Assembly: GCF_004010195.1 (NCBI RefSeq)
Contig: NC_057719.1
Span: forward strand, 4,889,794 to 4,948,687
From: Chiloscyllium plagiosum
Taxonomy: Eukaryota
Direction: 5' to 3'
Length of the DNA: 58,894 nt
Made by a program: the position numbers and the translations under genes
Shown: piece after piece, positions 48,371 through 58,832 of the stretch
How positions within the stretch are numbered: the first letter of the stretch is position 1
Layout of the letters: each line of letters starts with the position of its first letter
The notes under the pieces: generated by a model
The model's input: the letters and a program-made list of their open reading frames with translations, nothing else
The model's database searches: none
What the model was told of the DNA's origin: nothing

Positions 48371-48532
48371 TAAGATTTTCTGGTGCCTGTCTGGTATATA
48401 AGAATGCAAATCTTTATTGTCCAAATCCCTGATGGTCGTTTGGTTTTCCTTGTGAGCTTTGCGAAACAAGTTATGAATCCTCTTCGAACTTTAACACCCT
48501 CCAGACAGCCAACTGCGCTGGTGGTTTGGTGG

Positions 48533-49145
48533 GGTGGTACGGTGGCTCAGTGGTTAGCATTGCTGCTCAGCGCAAGGGACCCAGGTTCGATTCCAGCCCC
48601 AAGTGACTGTCTGTATGGAGTTTGCACATTCTCCCCATGTCTGCGTCGGTTTCCTCCCACAATCCAAAGATGTGCTGGTGAATCCAATAGGTGAATTGGC
48701 CATGCTAAATTGACCATAATGTTCAGGGACTGTGTAGGTTATGTGCTTCAGATTAGACTAGATTCCCTACAGTGTGGAAACAGGCCCTTCGGCCCAACCA
48801 GTCCACACCGACCCTCCGAAGAGTAACCCACCCAGGCCTATTTCCCTCTGACTAATGCACCTAACACTATGGGCAATTTTACCATGGCCAATTCAACTGA
48901 CCTGCACATCTTTGGACTGTGAGGAAACCGGAACACCTGGAGGAAACTGTGCAAACTCCACACACAGTCACCCGAGGCTGGAATTGAACCGGGGACCCTG
49001 GTGCTGTGAGGCAGCAGTGCTAACCACTGAGCCATCGTGCCTTCCTTGGGGAAGGGGTTTGGGTGGGATACTCTTTGGAGGGTCTGTGTGGACTTGTTGG
49101 GCCGAAGGGCCTGTTTCCACACTGTAGGGATTCAATGATTCTATG
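48533..49145. mobile_element. HE1 SINE (+) interrupted by a full-length antisense HE1 SINE (about 48751-49041)
   Basis: Plus-strand head and V-domain at 48533-48750, complete minus copy, then plus-strand tail at 49045-49145. Confidence 0.85.
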
Positions 49146-49516
49146 AAAAGAACAAATCTCTCATCCTAAACTTTGTACTTATTGCTTTTTGAACTGCGTC
49201 TGCAAAGCTATACCAAGAATCCTGATACCATTTAAATAGTCTGAAGGGAAATGTCAACATGCTCAATCCAATCTCTTCTGTCTAGGGACTTCCACGTTAA
49301 TTACCATTAATTATCATTGATTTTGTTGTCTTTCACCTTTTGCACTATTTTGATTTCTGACTCATCCCAGAGAGCAGGCGTACTAGGGAAAACACTGCTT
49401 TCTAACATTCTGGCCTGAAATCAAGTTGCAGTGAGGGAAGAATTCCTTTTCCTTCAGCACACGCCTCCCAGGATATTAACTCCAGTTACTAAAGTGAAGA
49501 CGAACCTAACTTTTAG

Positions 49517-49653
49517 CTGAACATGCATTTTTCTACGGACAGGAGACTGGTGTCAGTGCTGGAAAGGTCATGGCTTCCCCGTCCCCTCCAGCCAGAGTCA
49601 AACAGGAGAATATCGACTGTCCAACGATTCCTTCTGACACCTCCTCGTGCTGA
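49517..49653 (+). CDS. Weak candidate terminal coding exon, host gene unidentified
   Basis: CTAAC-TTTTAG acceptor (AG 49515-49516), then xEHAFFYGQETGVSAGKVMASPSPPARVKQENIDCPTIPSDTSSC* (TGA 49651-49653), followed by repeat-free sequence. Confidence 0.25.
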
Positions 49654-50231
49654 ACGGAAGGAAATGAAATCCAGATTGACACTGAGGGAGTGCTGCTTGG
49701 TCTGAAATCTCCCAGAAAAGACATTGATCTTACAGGGCAAAAGAATCTTTCGTTTAATGTCAGAGACCCAGTGAGCTAGTGTGACAGGGTGGAGTGGGTT
49801 GTTTGTGCCAATCTGCTGGTCAATGTTTATTCCTTGACTAACCTCACAAAACGTGATTATCTTGGACCATGTTGACTGTAGTGTAATTGTTGTGCTTCCC
49901 ACAGGAAAGCAATGACTGCGGAGTATTTTACTGACTGTGAAGCAAGTTGGGTGGTGCTGAGGTTGTAAGCGATGCAAATCTATATAACTGTCAGCCGTAC
50001 AAATATGCAGCACAGCCATTTTACTGTTAGCAGCCTCAGGGCAGCTTGTCATAAGGTGTTTGTCCTCCTTTCAATCACTTTTCATTCTCTGTATTATGTA
50101 ACACCTTTTGCTCTGGTTAAATATGGTTTCAGAGCCTTGTTCAGTCATGTCTTCATCTAATCGACAATTTATCTGCTCCACAGAGCAGATCAAGTGAAAA
50201 GATTAACATAATAATCCTTCATTGAAAGAGA

Positions 50232-50649
50232 CATTACATTTTTATGAAACCTTTACAAATCTCCCTTTTTACTTAACAACCTTCTCAACCTCCAGATATC
50301 CGAAATCACTGAAAAGCTTTTTCGGGTGTAGCCACTGTTGTAGTGCTGAAAGTACAGCTTTGAGAAACCACCTACATGCAGCAACCTCCTACACACAGCA
50401 AGACAACTTCTTTAAGAAAAGGTTGTTGGTCAAGGAACTTGAGAGGTAACCCACTCGTTGCTTGAAATGTGCTTTGGGTTTTTTTTTAAATCATCTGTCT
50501 CTGATAGGACATCAGCTTCCCATCTCACCCGAAAGAACACTTTATGTTCCTTTAATGCCAATCTCTGAGGTCAGCATAAGTTGGGCAGCAGCATATGAGG
50601 CTTAAATCCACAGCTTGCTGATCGCGAAGGGATACCATTACCAACTGAG
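50232..50649 (-). mobile_element. DeuSINE (SacSINE1-like) relic; head resumes after 51207
   Basis: GTGTAGCCACTGTTGTA...CACACAGCAA Deu-like segment; reverse A box ACCAA(C/T)TGAG(CCA) duplicated around the PLE composite. Confidence 0.5.
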
Positions 50650-50861
50650 AGTGCGGTGCTGGAAAAGTACAGCTGGTCAGGCAGCATTCGAGAAGCAGGA
50701 GAATTGACATTTCGGCATAAGCTCTTCACCAGGAATCCCTAATGAAGAGCTTATGCTCAACTTCGATTCTCCTTCTCAAATGCTGCCTGACCGGCTGTGC
50801 TTTTCCAGCACCACACTCTTTGACTCAGATCTCCAGCATCTGCAATCCTCACTTTCTCCTG
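50650..50861. mobile_element. PLE pLTR-derived palindromic element (family A)
   Basis: GGTGCTGGAAAAGTACAGCTGGTCAGGCAGCATT / AATGCTGCCTGACCGGCTGTGCTTTTCCAGCACC arms around decayed back-to-back hammerheads. Confidence 0.8.
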
Positions 50862-50864
50862 ATT

Positions 50865-51200
50865 TTTGGAGGTACCAGTGATGTGCTGGGATGTACAAAG
50901 TTTGAAAATCTCTCAATACCAGGTTATAGTCCAACAGGTTTATTTGGAAGGACTACCTATCGGAACACTGCTCCTTAATCAGGTGGTTGTGTTCTGTGTC
51001 GATATGCGCGATCTTCTTGGAGATCCTCTCCACTTTGAGCTGGCAGTTAGTGGCGTTGATGGTAGTCATGGTTTGGAGGTGCCAGTGTTGGACTGGGGTG
51101 CACACAACCACCTGATGAAAGAGCAGTGCTCAGAAAACCAGTGCTTTCAAACAAACCTGTTGGACTATAACCTAGTGTTGTGATTTTTAACTTTGTCCCA
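50865..51200. mobile_element. PLE-derived element (family B): inverted pLTRs flanking a short ORF start
   Basis: About 50893-50991 is the reverse complement of about 51102-51200; CAC-CTGATGA(51112-18)-AAGAGCAGTGCTCA-GAAAACCA-GTG; minus ATG at 51069 gives MTTINATNCQLKVERISKKIAHIDT. Confidence 0.72.
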
Positions 51201-52516
51201 GTTATTATACCAATTGAGCCAAATAAGGGACCCCTAGGTTGTATTTTGAAAGTCTGAAGCTGAGAAAAGTTGGAGCTGATGGTGAGACAGTGATCTAATT
51301 AGCCAAAATAGAGTTGTAGAGTTTTATAGGACAAAGAAGCCTTTTATTCCATTGTGTCCATGCCAGGCACCAAGCAGTCATCTACTCCAGCCCTGTTTTC
51401 CAGCACTTTTCCCTGCAGTTTTGCATGCTGTGATGTTACAAGTTTTCATCTATGTAGTTCGTGAATACAGTGATGGTTCCCACTTCTACCATTCTTTCAG
51501 ACTTCGAGTTCCAGATACCCGTGACACGCTGGGAGGGAAGTACATTATTCCTACATATTAATGTCAGGATCCCTGTAATGTCGTCCTCTTGTCTCCTACA
51601 TCAGCCTGGGATGCTGGTCGTGGGGATTTATCTGATTTTAAACCAGCTAAAATACCTTCTCCCTCTCGGTTGTAGTTTGTTCCAGCCCTCTGGAGAGGGC
51701 TCATTTGGCATAATGGTAGTGCCCTTTCCTCTGGACCAGAAGGTCACGGTTCAGTTGCAGCTGCCTCAGAGTTTTCTGGCCAGTGTCTGGGCTCTGCGCA
51801 GAGTCGTTGCATTAGGACTTGTGTTTTTATTCCCTGGGCCAGCATTGATTACCCTTGAGAAGGTGGTACACTGCCATCCAAGGTTTCTGGTGTCTGTCAT
51901 ATAAAGGCTGTGGCCCAGCCAGTGGAGCTCAGTGTTGGGCTTACAGCCTCTGGAGAGGACGCTGCATTTAATCTGCTTTTCATGGCATATGGTGGATCTT
52001 GTAACTGCTGCTGATCACATTTCTACAATGCTTTGAGGTTCCTTTAACTCTAGGATTGTAAATGTTATCATAATCAAAGCTCTTCACAGCTAATTAAGTA
52101 TGTTTCAAGTGTCTTTACCAGTAAATGTAGGCAAGCAATTGATGAATATACTATAGCTAATTCCAGTACTATTTAAAATTGTAATTAGAAACAGGGTCAT
52201 CCCTGGTGTTCTCCTCTCACTCACTGAATCAACATCCTTTCTTATTTCGCCATTCTGTTGTGGACTCGCTCTGCGCACAGGGCAGCGTTAGAAAAAGCAA
52301 CAGGTGAAACATGAGCTCCCAGCCAGATGTGACCCAGTGTTAATAAAACACAACAGAAAGGGCACCAGCTGGATCTGAGCATTTCCAAAGGGTCAGAGTG
52401 ACCCAGGAATGAAGCAGTGACTTGGAAGCTCTGGAGTGAAACACTCATGGTGGTGGTGGGGCTGGATCATGAAACAAACTCACCGATTCGGGGACCTGGT
52501 CAGTGAATGGAGTTAG

Positions 52517-52690
52517 AGCTGAAAAATGTGACGCTGGAAAAGCGCAGCATGTCAGGCAGCATCCAAGGAGCAAGGGAATCGATGAAACGTCGATTCTTCT
52601 GTTCCTTGGATGCTGCCTGACCTGCTGCGCTTTTCCAGCAACACATTTTTCAGCTCTGATCTCCAGCATCTGCAGTCCTCATTTTCTCCT
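52517..52690. mobile_element. PLE pLTR-derived palindromic element (family A)
   Basis: 15-bp TSD AGTGAATGGAGTTAG at 52502-52516 and 52691-52705; about 65-bp inverted arms around TGAAACG. Confidence 0.88.
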
Positions 52691-53314
52691 AGTGAATGGA
52701 GTTAGGCCTGGTCCAGCCTTCTGATCTATCAATTACGCCTTCATTAACTTAGTCAGCAAGATTTTGGAAACTTGCATCAAGTTGACTGTGTTAAACTTGC
52801 TGCTTTTAACACGATGAATTGTCTCAGTGCTCCAAGGGATATTATCAAGCAAAATTCAACACTTGATCTAAGTCAATGCACAATCCATGAAAAGCTGCAA
52901 AGCATCATTTTTTTTTTCTCCACCCCCAGCCCCCCCCCCCGACCCTCACAACATTCCGGAGATCATTTTCAGAATATGAAGATTATTTTTAGTTCGGTCA
53001 TGTTAATAATCAATTTTCATCCTGCTAACTTTCTTTCACTCGACCTTTGAGCAGTTTTTTGTCCCCACATATACAGTTGTAGTGTTCAGTTTGTGGCTGT
53101 TCTGACAGCTCAGACCTGTTGGACTGTTTGTGATGCTAGAAATCTGAAAGTCTAAGGCCTAAACACTATCTTTCACCTCCTTTAGCCAGCCCCACACCCC
53201 TTCCCTTGTCACACTCTTGCTCTCACTCTTCCCCATCTCCCACCTATTGTTTATCCTTTTCCTGCCACTCACCCAGCCTTTAACATAGTAGCTAGGATTA
53301 AGGTGGCATATATC

Positions 53315-53435
53315 TGTTCTGAAGAAGGGTTGCTGTACTCTGAGTCTACCTTCTATTCACCGATGCTGCCAGACCTGCTGAGTTTTTCCAGCATTGATCT
53401 CAGATTTTGAGCATCGTCAGTTTGTTTATTTTCCT
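53315..53435 (+). mobile_element. PLE-derived element (family C)
   Basis: GTT-CTGAAGA-AGGGT...GATGCTGCCAGACCTGCTGAGTTTTTCCAGCA. Confidence 0.65.
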
Positions 53436-53512
53436 TTGTTGGATTATCTGTGTTCTCTCTGAGCATCTTGGTGGTTTGGAGTCTGCACACTTCCTTCACC
53501 ACAGAAGGATCA

Positions 53513-53760
53513 GCAGGGTGGCACAGTGGTTAGCACCGCTTCCTCACAGCGCCAGGGACCCGGGTTCGATTCCAGCCTCAGGCGACTGTCTCTGTCTGTC
53601 TGTCTGTGTGGAGATTGTACATTCTCCCTGGAAATTGTCCGTAATCTTCAGGAATGAATGCATTAGTCAGGGGTAAATGTAAAGGAATGGGCAGGTTACT
53701 GTCTGGAGGGTCGGTGTGGACTTGTTGGGCCGAAGGGTCTGTTTCCAAACTGTCGGGATT
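53513..53760 (+). mobile_element. HE1-type V-SINE, internally deleted
   Basis: A box TGGCACAGTGG, B box GGTTCGATTCC, tail GGGCCGAAGGGTCTGTTTCC. Confidence 0.82.
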
Positions 53761-54296
53761 ATTTTTTTAAAAATCATGAAGATTAGTTTTCAGATGAGCT
53801 TACACATGGTAAGCCTCCCGTGTCTAAAGCTGGCGTAACAACATTCTGCAAGCATTCCTGGCACAGGGGACAAGCTTGAAGCCAGAGGCTGTAGTTGGAG
53901 TCATGTGGCTGAGCAGGAATTTCGCACACTGTTCATGCATGTACCAGCAAGGTTGATAACTGACCTGTTTGGCCAAAATATGAACTTATTCTCGTCAAAT
54001 CATCACAAACCAAAAATCTTGGCTACAAGAGACATGTTTGGGCCACATGATGCCCATTTCTCCATGTCCTCCAAGTGAATGTGTTATGAAGCGAGTGATG
54101 TCACATGTAAATGTTTCCTCTTGCTGCCTTTAGAGGCCATTGAGCATTCGGCAGGTTTTGCCACAGATTGTGAAATGTGCCAACAGCAGAGTTTCGTGAG
54201 TGTTCAACGTTTTACTGAATCAGGAGGTTTTTGTCTGTTTGAGTTGGAGAGCTGGGAGCGTTCGTATTGTCACAGACCCTCCCCCCCCCCCGGAAC

Positions 54297-54580
54297 TACA
54301 TACAGTGTGGAAACAGGCCCTTCAGCCCAAGTCCGCAGAGCAACCCACCCAGACCCATTCCCCTACATTTACCCCTTCACCTAACACTATGGGCAATTCG
54401 GCATGGCCAATCCACCTAACCTGCACACCTTTTGGACTGTGGGAGGAAACCGGAGTACCCGGCGGAAACCCACGCAGACATGGGGAGACTGTGCAAATTC
54501 CACAGAGACAGTTGCCTGAGGCGGGAATTGAACCCAGGTCTCTGGTGCTGTGAGGCAGCAGTACTTGCCACCGTGCTACC
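54297..54580 (-). mobile_element. HE1-type V-SINE
   Basis: Closely similar to 55801-56112. Confidence 0.88.
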
Positions 54581-54584
54581 CCCT

Positions 54585-54845
54585 CTGTCACACTGTCTCA
54601 CACAGACACTGTCTCTCCCCTCTCTCCCTCTTTCTCTGTCTCTCTCACACAGACACACTACATTGTCTGCTTGCCCCCCCCCGCATGTATTCTTTCTCTT
54701 TCTTTGTCTTTTTCTCTGTCTCTTTCTCTCTCTCAAGCGTGCACACTCTCACACGTGCTGTCTCATTCATGTACTCACACTAAAACATGCATGTTCTTAT
54801 GTGCACACCCACATACACCCACACACACCCTCACTCACTCTCTAA
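54585..54845. repeat. Low-complexity CT/CA-rich tract
   Basis: Degenerate (CT)n, (CA)n and (TCTT)n runs. Confidence 0.8.
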
Positions 54846-54907
54846 CTATCACTCTGTTATGCAAAAAGTTCATGGGCTGTGTAGACAGTGTTAACAATTT
54901 GGGTCCA

Positions 54908-55006
54908 TTTCTGAACAATGGTCGCTGAACCTGAAACGTTAACTCTGTTTTGTCTTCACGGATGCTGCCAGACCTGCTGATCTTTTCCAGCAATTTCTGT
55001 TTTTGT
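54908..55006 (+). mobile_element. PLE-derived element (family C)
   Basis: TT-CTGAACA-ATGGTCGCTGAACCT-GAAACGTT-AACT followed by GATGCTGCCAGACCTGCTGA. Confidence 0.7.
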
Positions 55007-55800
55007 ACTAGGATGGGACTCGATTTTAAACAAACACAAACTCCCGACTTAGATAAATTCAGGCAGTTGTGGGTTGGTAACAGACTGACAGAAAAGGCGA
55101 TGGATGCTTTCATGCATTCTTGCCTTGAAATAACTAGTCAAGATGATTGAGGTTTATATGTTGCGGAATGGAATTTTCCAACTGGATGAGAATTTGGCTT
55201 ATCCTAATGACAGATTTCCAGTATTCTGACAAAGTACTACCTCATAGCTTGGGGGCTTTATTTTTATAACAATTTGCGAACAAAGCAGCACTTGCAGACC
55301 TATTGCACCTTTTTTTCCATCGGTCTGCTTGAGGGATTGAATGCCCCCCAGCGTGCACGCTTCCCTGAGATCTCATGTACACCCAGTGAATCATTACTAT
55401 CTGAAGGTTACATTGCATTGGCTCCAGCTTCCTTGCTACTGCTGAGTTCAGGGTTATGGGTACCCTCCATTCACTCTGATCCATCAGGCTCAACACCCTG
55501 GGAGCTCACCAGCTCTTACATTGGAGTATTGTGGTGGCAGTAAATGTGAGGGTTTTGACAATTCCCAATCTCATTCGTTCTCGTAAGGTCTGCTGTATTT
55601 AAAGTTGCTCTGGAGGAAGTGCATGAAGCCACAGTGCATGAAATGCACTGTATCCATTTATCACTGAGACCCCAAATTTAGGAATGAAGAGCCAACTAAG
55701 CACAAAACCTTTTCCCATGAAAGCCCCTTTATAGAATGTAGTGTTTCAGCAATCAGCCTTCCACTTCTGCTATTCCCATCTGTGGTGATTGACTAGTGTT

Positions 55801-56112
55801 TTAGATTAGATTAGATTACAGTGTGGAAACAGGCCCTTCGGCCCAACAAGTCCACACTGCCCCGCCGAAGCGCAACCCACCCATACCCCTACATCTACCC
55901 CTTACCTAACATACGGGCAATTTAGCATGGCCAATTCACCTGACCTGCACATCTTTGGACTGTGGGAGGAAACCGGAGCACCCGGAGGAAACCCACACAG
56001 ACACGGGGAGAATGTGCAAACTCCACACAGTCAGTCGCCTGAGGCGGGAATTGAACCCGGGTCTCTGGCGCTGTGAGGCAGCAGTGCTAACCACTGTGCC
56101 ACCGTGCCGCCC
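55801..56112 (-). mobile_element. HE1-type V-SINE, full length, apparently young
   Basis: Minus GGGCGGCACGGTGGCACAGTGG (A box), GGTTCAATTCC (B box), intact V-domain with CpGs retained, (TAATC)n tail. Confidence 0.93.
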
Positions 56113-56379
56113 ACAAACATGACCTTTTATTAAATGTTGTACAGGACAAGACCTTATATGAGGCTTTTAGATAGAGCTGTTTCTCAGTCATTCTGGTAGG
56201 TATGTGACCTTAGACCACTGATACCTTAACTATAACATATTGAATTAAGAGCACCTGGATGTCCAAGTCCCAAAGGAATGTTCAGGTTAGAGTTTAGTTC
56301 TGGGCATCTTTCTCTCATTGTCAATGGCAATCCCTTGCTAACAAACCGGATTGTCCACCAGCTAACTCCGTGTCATTGC

Positions 56380-56590
56380 TCCTGGAATCTGAGGCTCCTT
56401 GTGTGGCTGAAGAGCCCAATCCTGGACATTCTGGCAGGTGTTTCTAGCGGTGCGGTTGGTCACTGGCCTGGAGATCACTGGCATTCCTCCCGCCGGTTCT
56501 TTATCCATAGTTCATCCTGCCGGCATGTGTTCTGGTCGAACTGTGATCCTTCACCCAGGTGCTTTGTCCAAACCCTGTTGCTTCTGAGTA
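56380..56590 (-). mobile_element. RTE-clade LINE relic
   Basis: Minus frame contains SRIGLFSHTRS (RTE C-terminal motif). Confidence 0.5.
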
Positions 56591-56727
56591 AAAGTCCCAT
56601 GGACACTGACGTGTGTGTTGCATTTCAGAAACCTGCTCGATCATATTAAACCAAGTCAAAATGTGACAGCCCCATCAACAGGACTTTGTAACTATGGCAG
56701 AATCACTAATGAAGCTTGTATAATTTT

Positions 56728-56763
56728 AATCCTGAAGAAGGGCTTCTGCCCGAAACGTCGATT
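56728..56763 (+). ncRNA. Minimal type-I hammerhead ribozyme, best-preserved copy
   Basis: AATC-CTGAAGA-A-GGGC-TTCT-GCCC-GAAACGTC-GATT: complete core, 4-bp helix I, 4-bp helix II, palindromic ACGT, GUC cleavage triplet ending at 56759. Confidence 0.78.
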
Positions 56764-56857
56764 CTCCTGTTCCTTGGATGCTGCCTGACGTGCTGCGCTT
56801 TTCCAGCAACACATTTTCAGCCCTGATCTCCAGCATCTGCAGCCCTGACTTTCTCCC
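56731..56857 (+). mobile_element. PLE pLTR-derived solo element (family A)
   Basis: 14-bp TSD TGTATAATTTTAAT at 56717-56730 and 56858-56871. Confidence 0.88.
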
Positions 56858-57316
56858 TGTATAATTTTAATGCAGATTTGCTTTAGGGTTGTCGCTCTTT
56901 ATCAGTGCAGAAAGCACACAATTGAACAATGCCCTTAACAATATAGTTAATATTCCATTAAGCCTATTTATAATGAAATGCAGAAGCCCAAACATTCTTG
57001 TATTTTGCCACTTTGCTGTGAAGTGATGGTGAGTTCAGAGTTGTTCACATTGACTGTCACCTCACTGCAACCAGGCCCACCCAGTGTGTGTGTGAGAGAT
57101 ATCTCAGACTGTAGTTTCTCTTTTACTTTCAGTCTTCTTGTACTGAGAACACCTTGAACTATGGGTGAATTATGCTGTTGCTGGGTTCCTGGGGTGTGCG
57201 TGGGGACTGCTTTAGTAATTGCTTTATACCTCCTCTTGACATCTTTTTCCTGCCCCCACCCATTTCGCTTTCATCTCCTCCTCCATGACCAGTGTCACTC
57301 TGTCCCAATCTGGGAG

Positions 57317-57680
57317 CCGGTGGTAATGTAGTCATTCAGCAATGTGAGCTAATGCCCTTTGGAGATACTGGTACATTTCCCACTAGGGTAGCTCATGGAA
57401 TTTAACTTTGACTAAGAAATCTCGAATAAAGAGTTATCTCTGCAATGGCCACCATGACAACTATCATTTGATTCTTGTAAAAATCCATTTGGCTCACTAA
57501 TGTCCTTTTAGGGAAGGAAATCTTCTATCCTTAGCTGGTCTGGCCTACGTGTGACTCCAGACCTACATAGATGTGGTGGATTCTTACCTGCCTTCTGGAA
57601 TGCCCTAGTAGAAAGCCACTCAGTTCAAGGCTATTTAAGGATGAGCAACAAATGATGGTCCAGCCAATGAAGCCCATTGA
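57317..57680 (+). mobile_element. tRNA-type SINE family 2, near full length
   Basis: GGTGGTAATGTAG head; CACTAATGTCCTTTTAGGGAAGGAAATC...GTGACTCCAGACC core; LINE family 2 tail. Confidence 0.7.
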
Positions 57681-58044
57681 TGACTTTTTAAAGAAATTTC
57701 CTGCTGAAGGCACAGTCTCGTGTTGAGCTTCAGATTGACAGTGTGTGCCATCCCTTCCTTTAAGGAGAGTGTTGACCTGTCTCCACAGTCATTCTTGAAT
57801 GAGGGTAGCTGTACCCAAACTCTGCCCCAGTGCAGTTTCTCCCTGGCACATTTCTGGGCGCCTGAATTCAGATCAGCATCGGGGGCCTCTGGCCTCTCTG
57901 CAGAAGGAGCCAGGGGTTTCCTGGGTGTCTGTCACTTTAAACCACGTGGGCAGTGTATCCCCCACAGGAGCCATCTTTTCCAAAAATTCATTCTCATGGT
58001 TTAGTTGCTGCCCAAAAGGCTTACATTTATTGGCCAGCCTGGTG

Positions 58045-58347
58045 GGTGGCACGGTGGCTCAGTGGTTAGCACTGATGCGTCACAGTGCAAGGGACCCGGG
58101 TTCGATTCCACCCTTGGCTGACTGTCTGTTTATGTGGAGTTTGTATCCACTCCCCATGTCTGCGTGGGTTTCCTCCCACAGTCCAAAGATCTGCAGGTTA
58201 GGTGAATTGGCCACACACAATTGTCCATAGTGTGAAGTGCATTAGTCAGGGAAAGAGGAATGGGTCTGGTTGAGATACTCTTCAAGGGTTGGTGTGGACT
58301 TGTTGGGCCGAATGGCCTGTGTCCAAACTGTAGGGATTCTATGATTC
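58045..58347 (+). mobile_element. HE1-type V-SINE
   Basis: A box TGGCTCAGTGG, B box GGTTCGATTCC, V-domain, tail TAGGGATTCTATGATTC. Confidence 0.87.
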
Positions 58348-58447
58348 ACCAATGGCCTCTCCAGTTCCCTCGGTATAGCTGTGTGGGACTGGAGTCACCT
58401 ACAGGCCAGATCAGGTTTCCTTCCTGAAAGGCCAGGTTTCTAGGGGA

Positions 58448-58832
58448 AGCTGAGGGGTGACCTTTGAGGTTTATAAAAAAAATCATGAGGGGCATGGATA
58501 GGGTAATTAGACAAAGTCTTTTCCTGGGGGTGGGGGAGGCGAGAACTAGAGGGCATAGGTTTAGGGTGAGAGGGGAAAGATATAAAAGGGACATAAAGGG
58601 TGGCTATTTCATACAAGGGTGGTACTTGTGTGGAATGAGCTGCCAGAGGAAATGGTATAGGCTGGTACAATTACAGCATTTGAAAGGGATCTGGATGGGT
58701 ATATGAATAGGAAGGGTTTAGAGGGAAATGGGCCAAATGGTGGTAGATTTATTTAGGATATGTGGTCGGCATGGACGTGTTGGACCAAAGGGTCGGTTTC
58801 CACTCTCTCTACACCCTTATGACTCTCTGACT
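58448..58832 (+). mobile_element. CR1/HER1-type LINE 3' end
   Basis: ORF KIMRGMDRVIRQSLFLGVGEARTRGHRFRVRGERYKRD; tail TATGACTCTCTGACTCT. Confidence 0.9.

Noticed and set aside
49513..50052. 179-aa minus ORF in unique DNA
   Set aside because: No recognisable motif or exon structure; weaker than the overlapping + strand candidate, though not excluded without RNA data.
52517..52690. Interpretation of the palindromic elements as MITEs or DNA transposons
   Set aside because: Arms are asymmetric and variable, TSDs are 12-15 bp of varying length, and the sequence equals the 3' terminus of GIY-YIG-encoding PLE copies.
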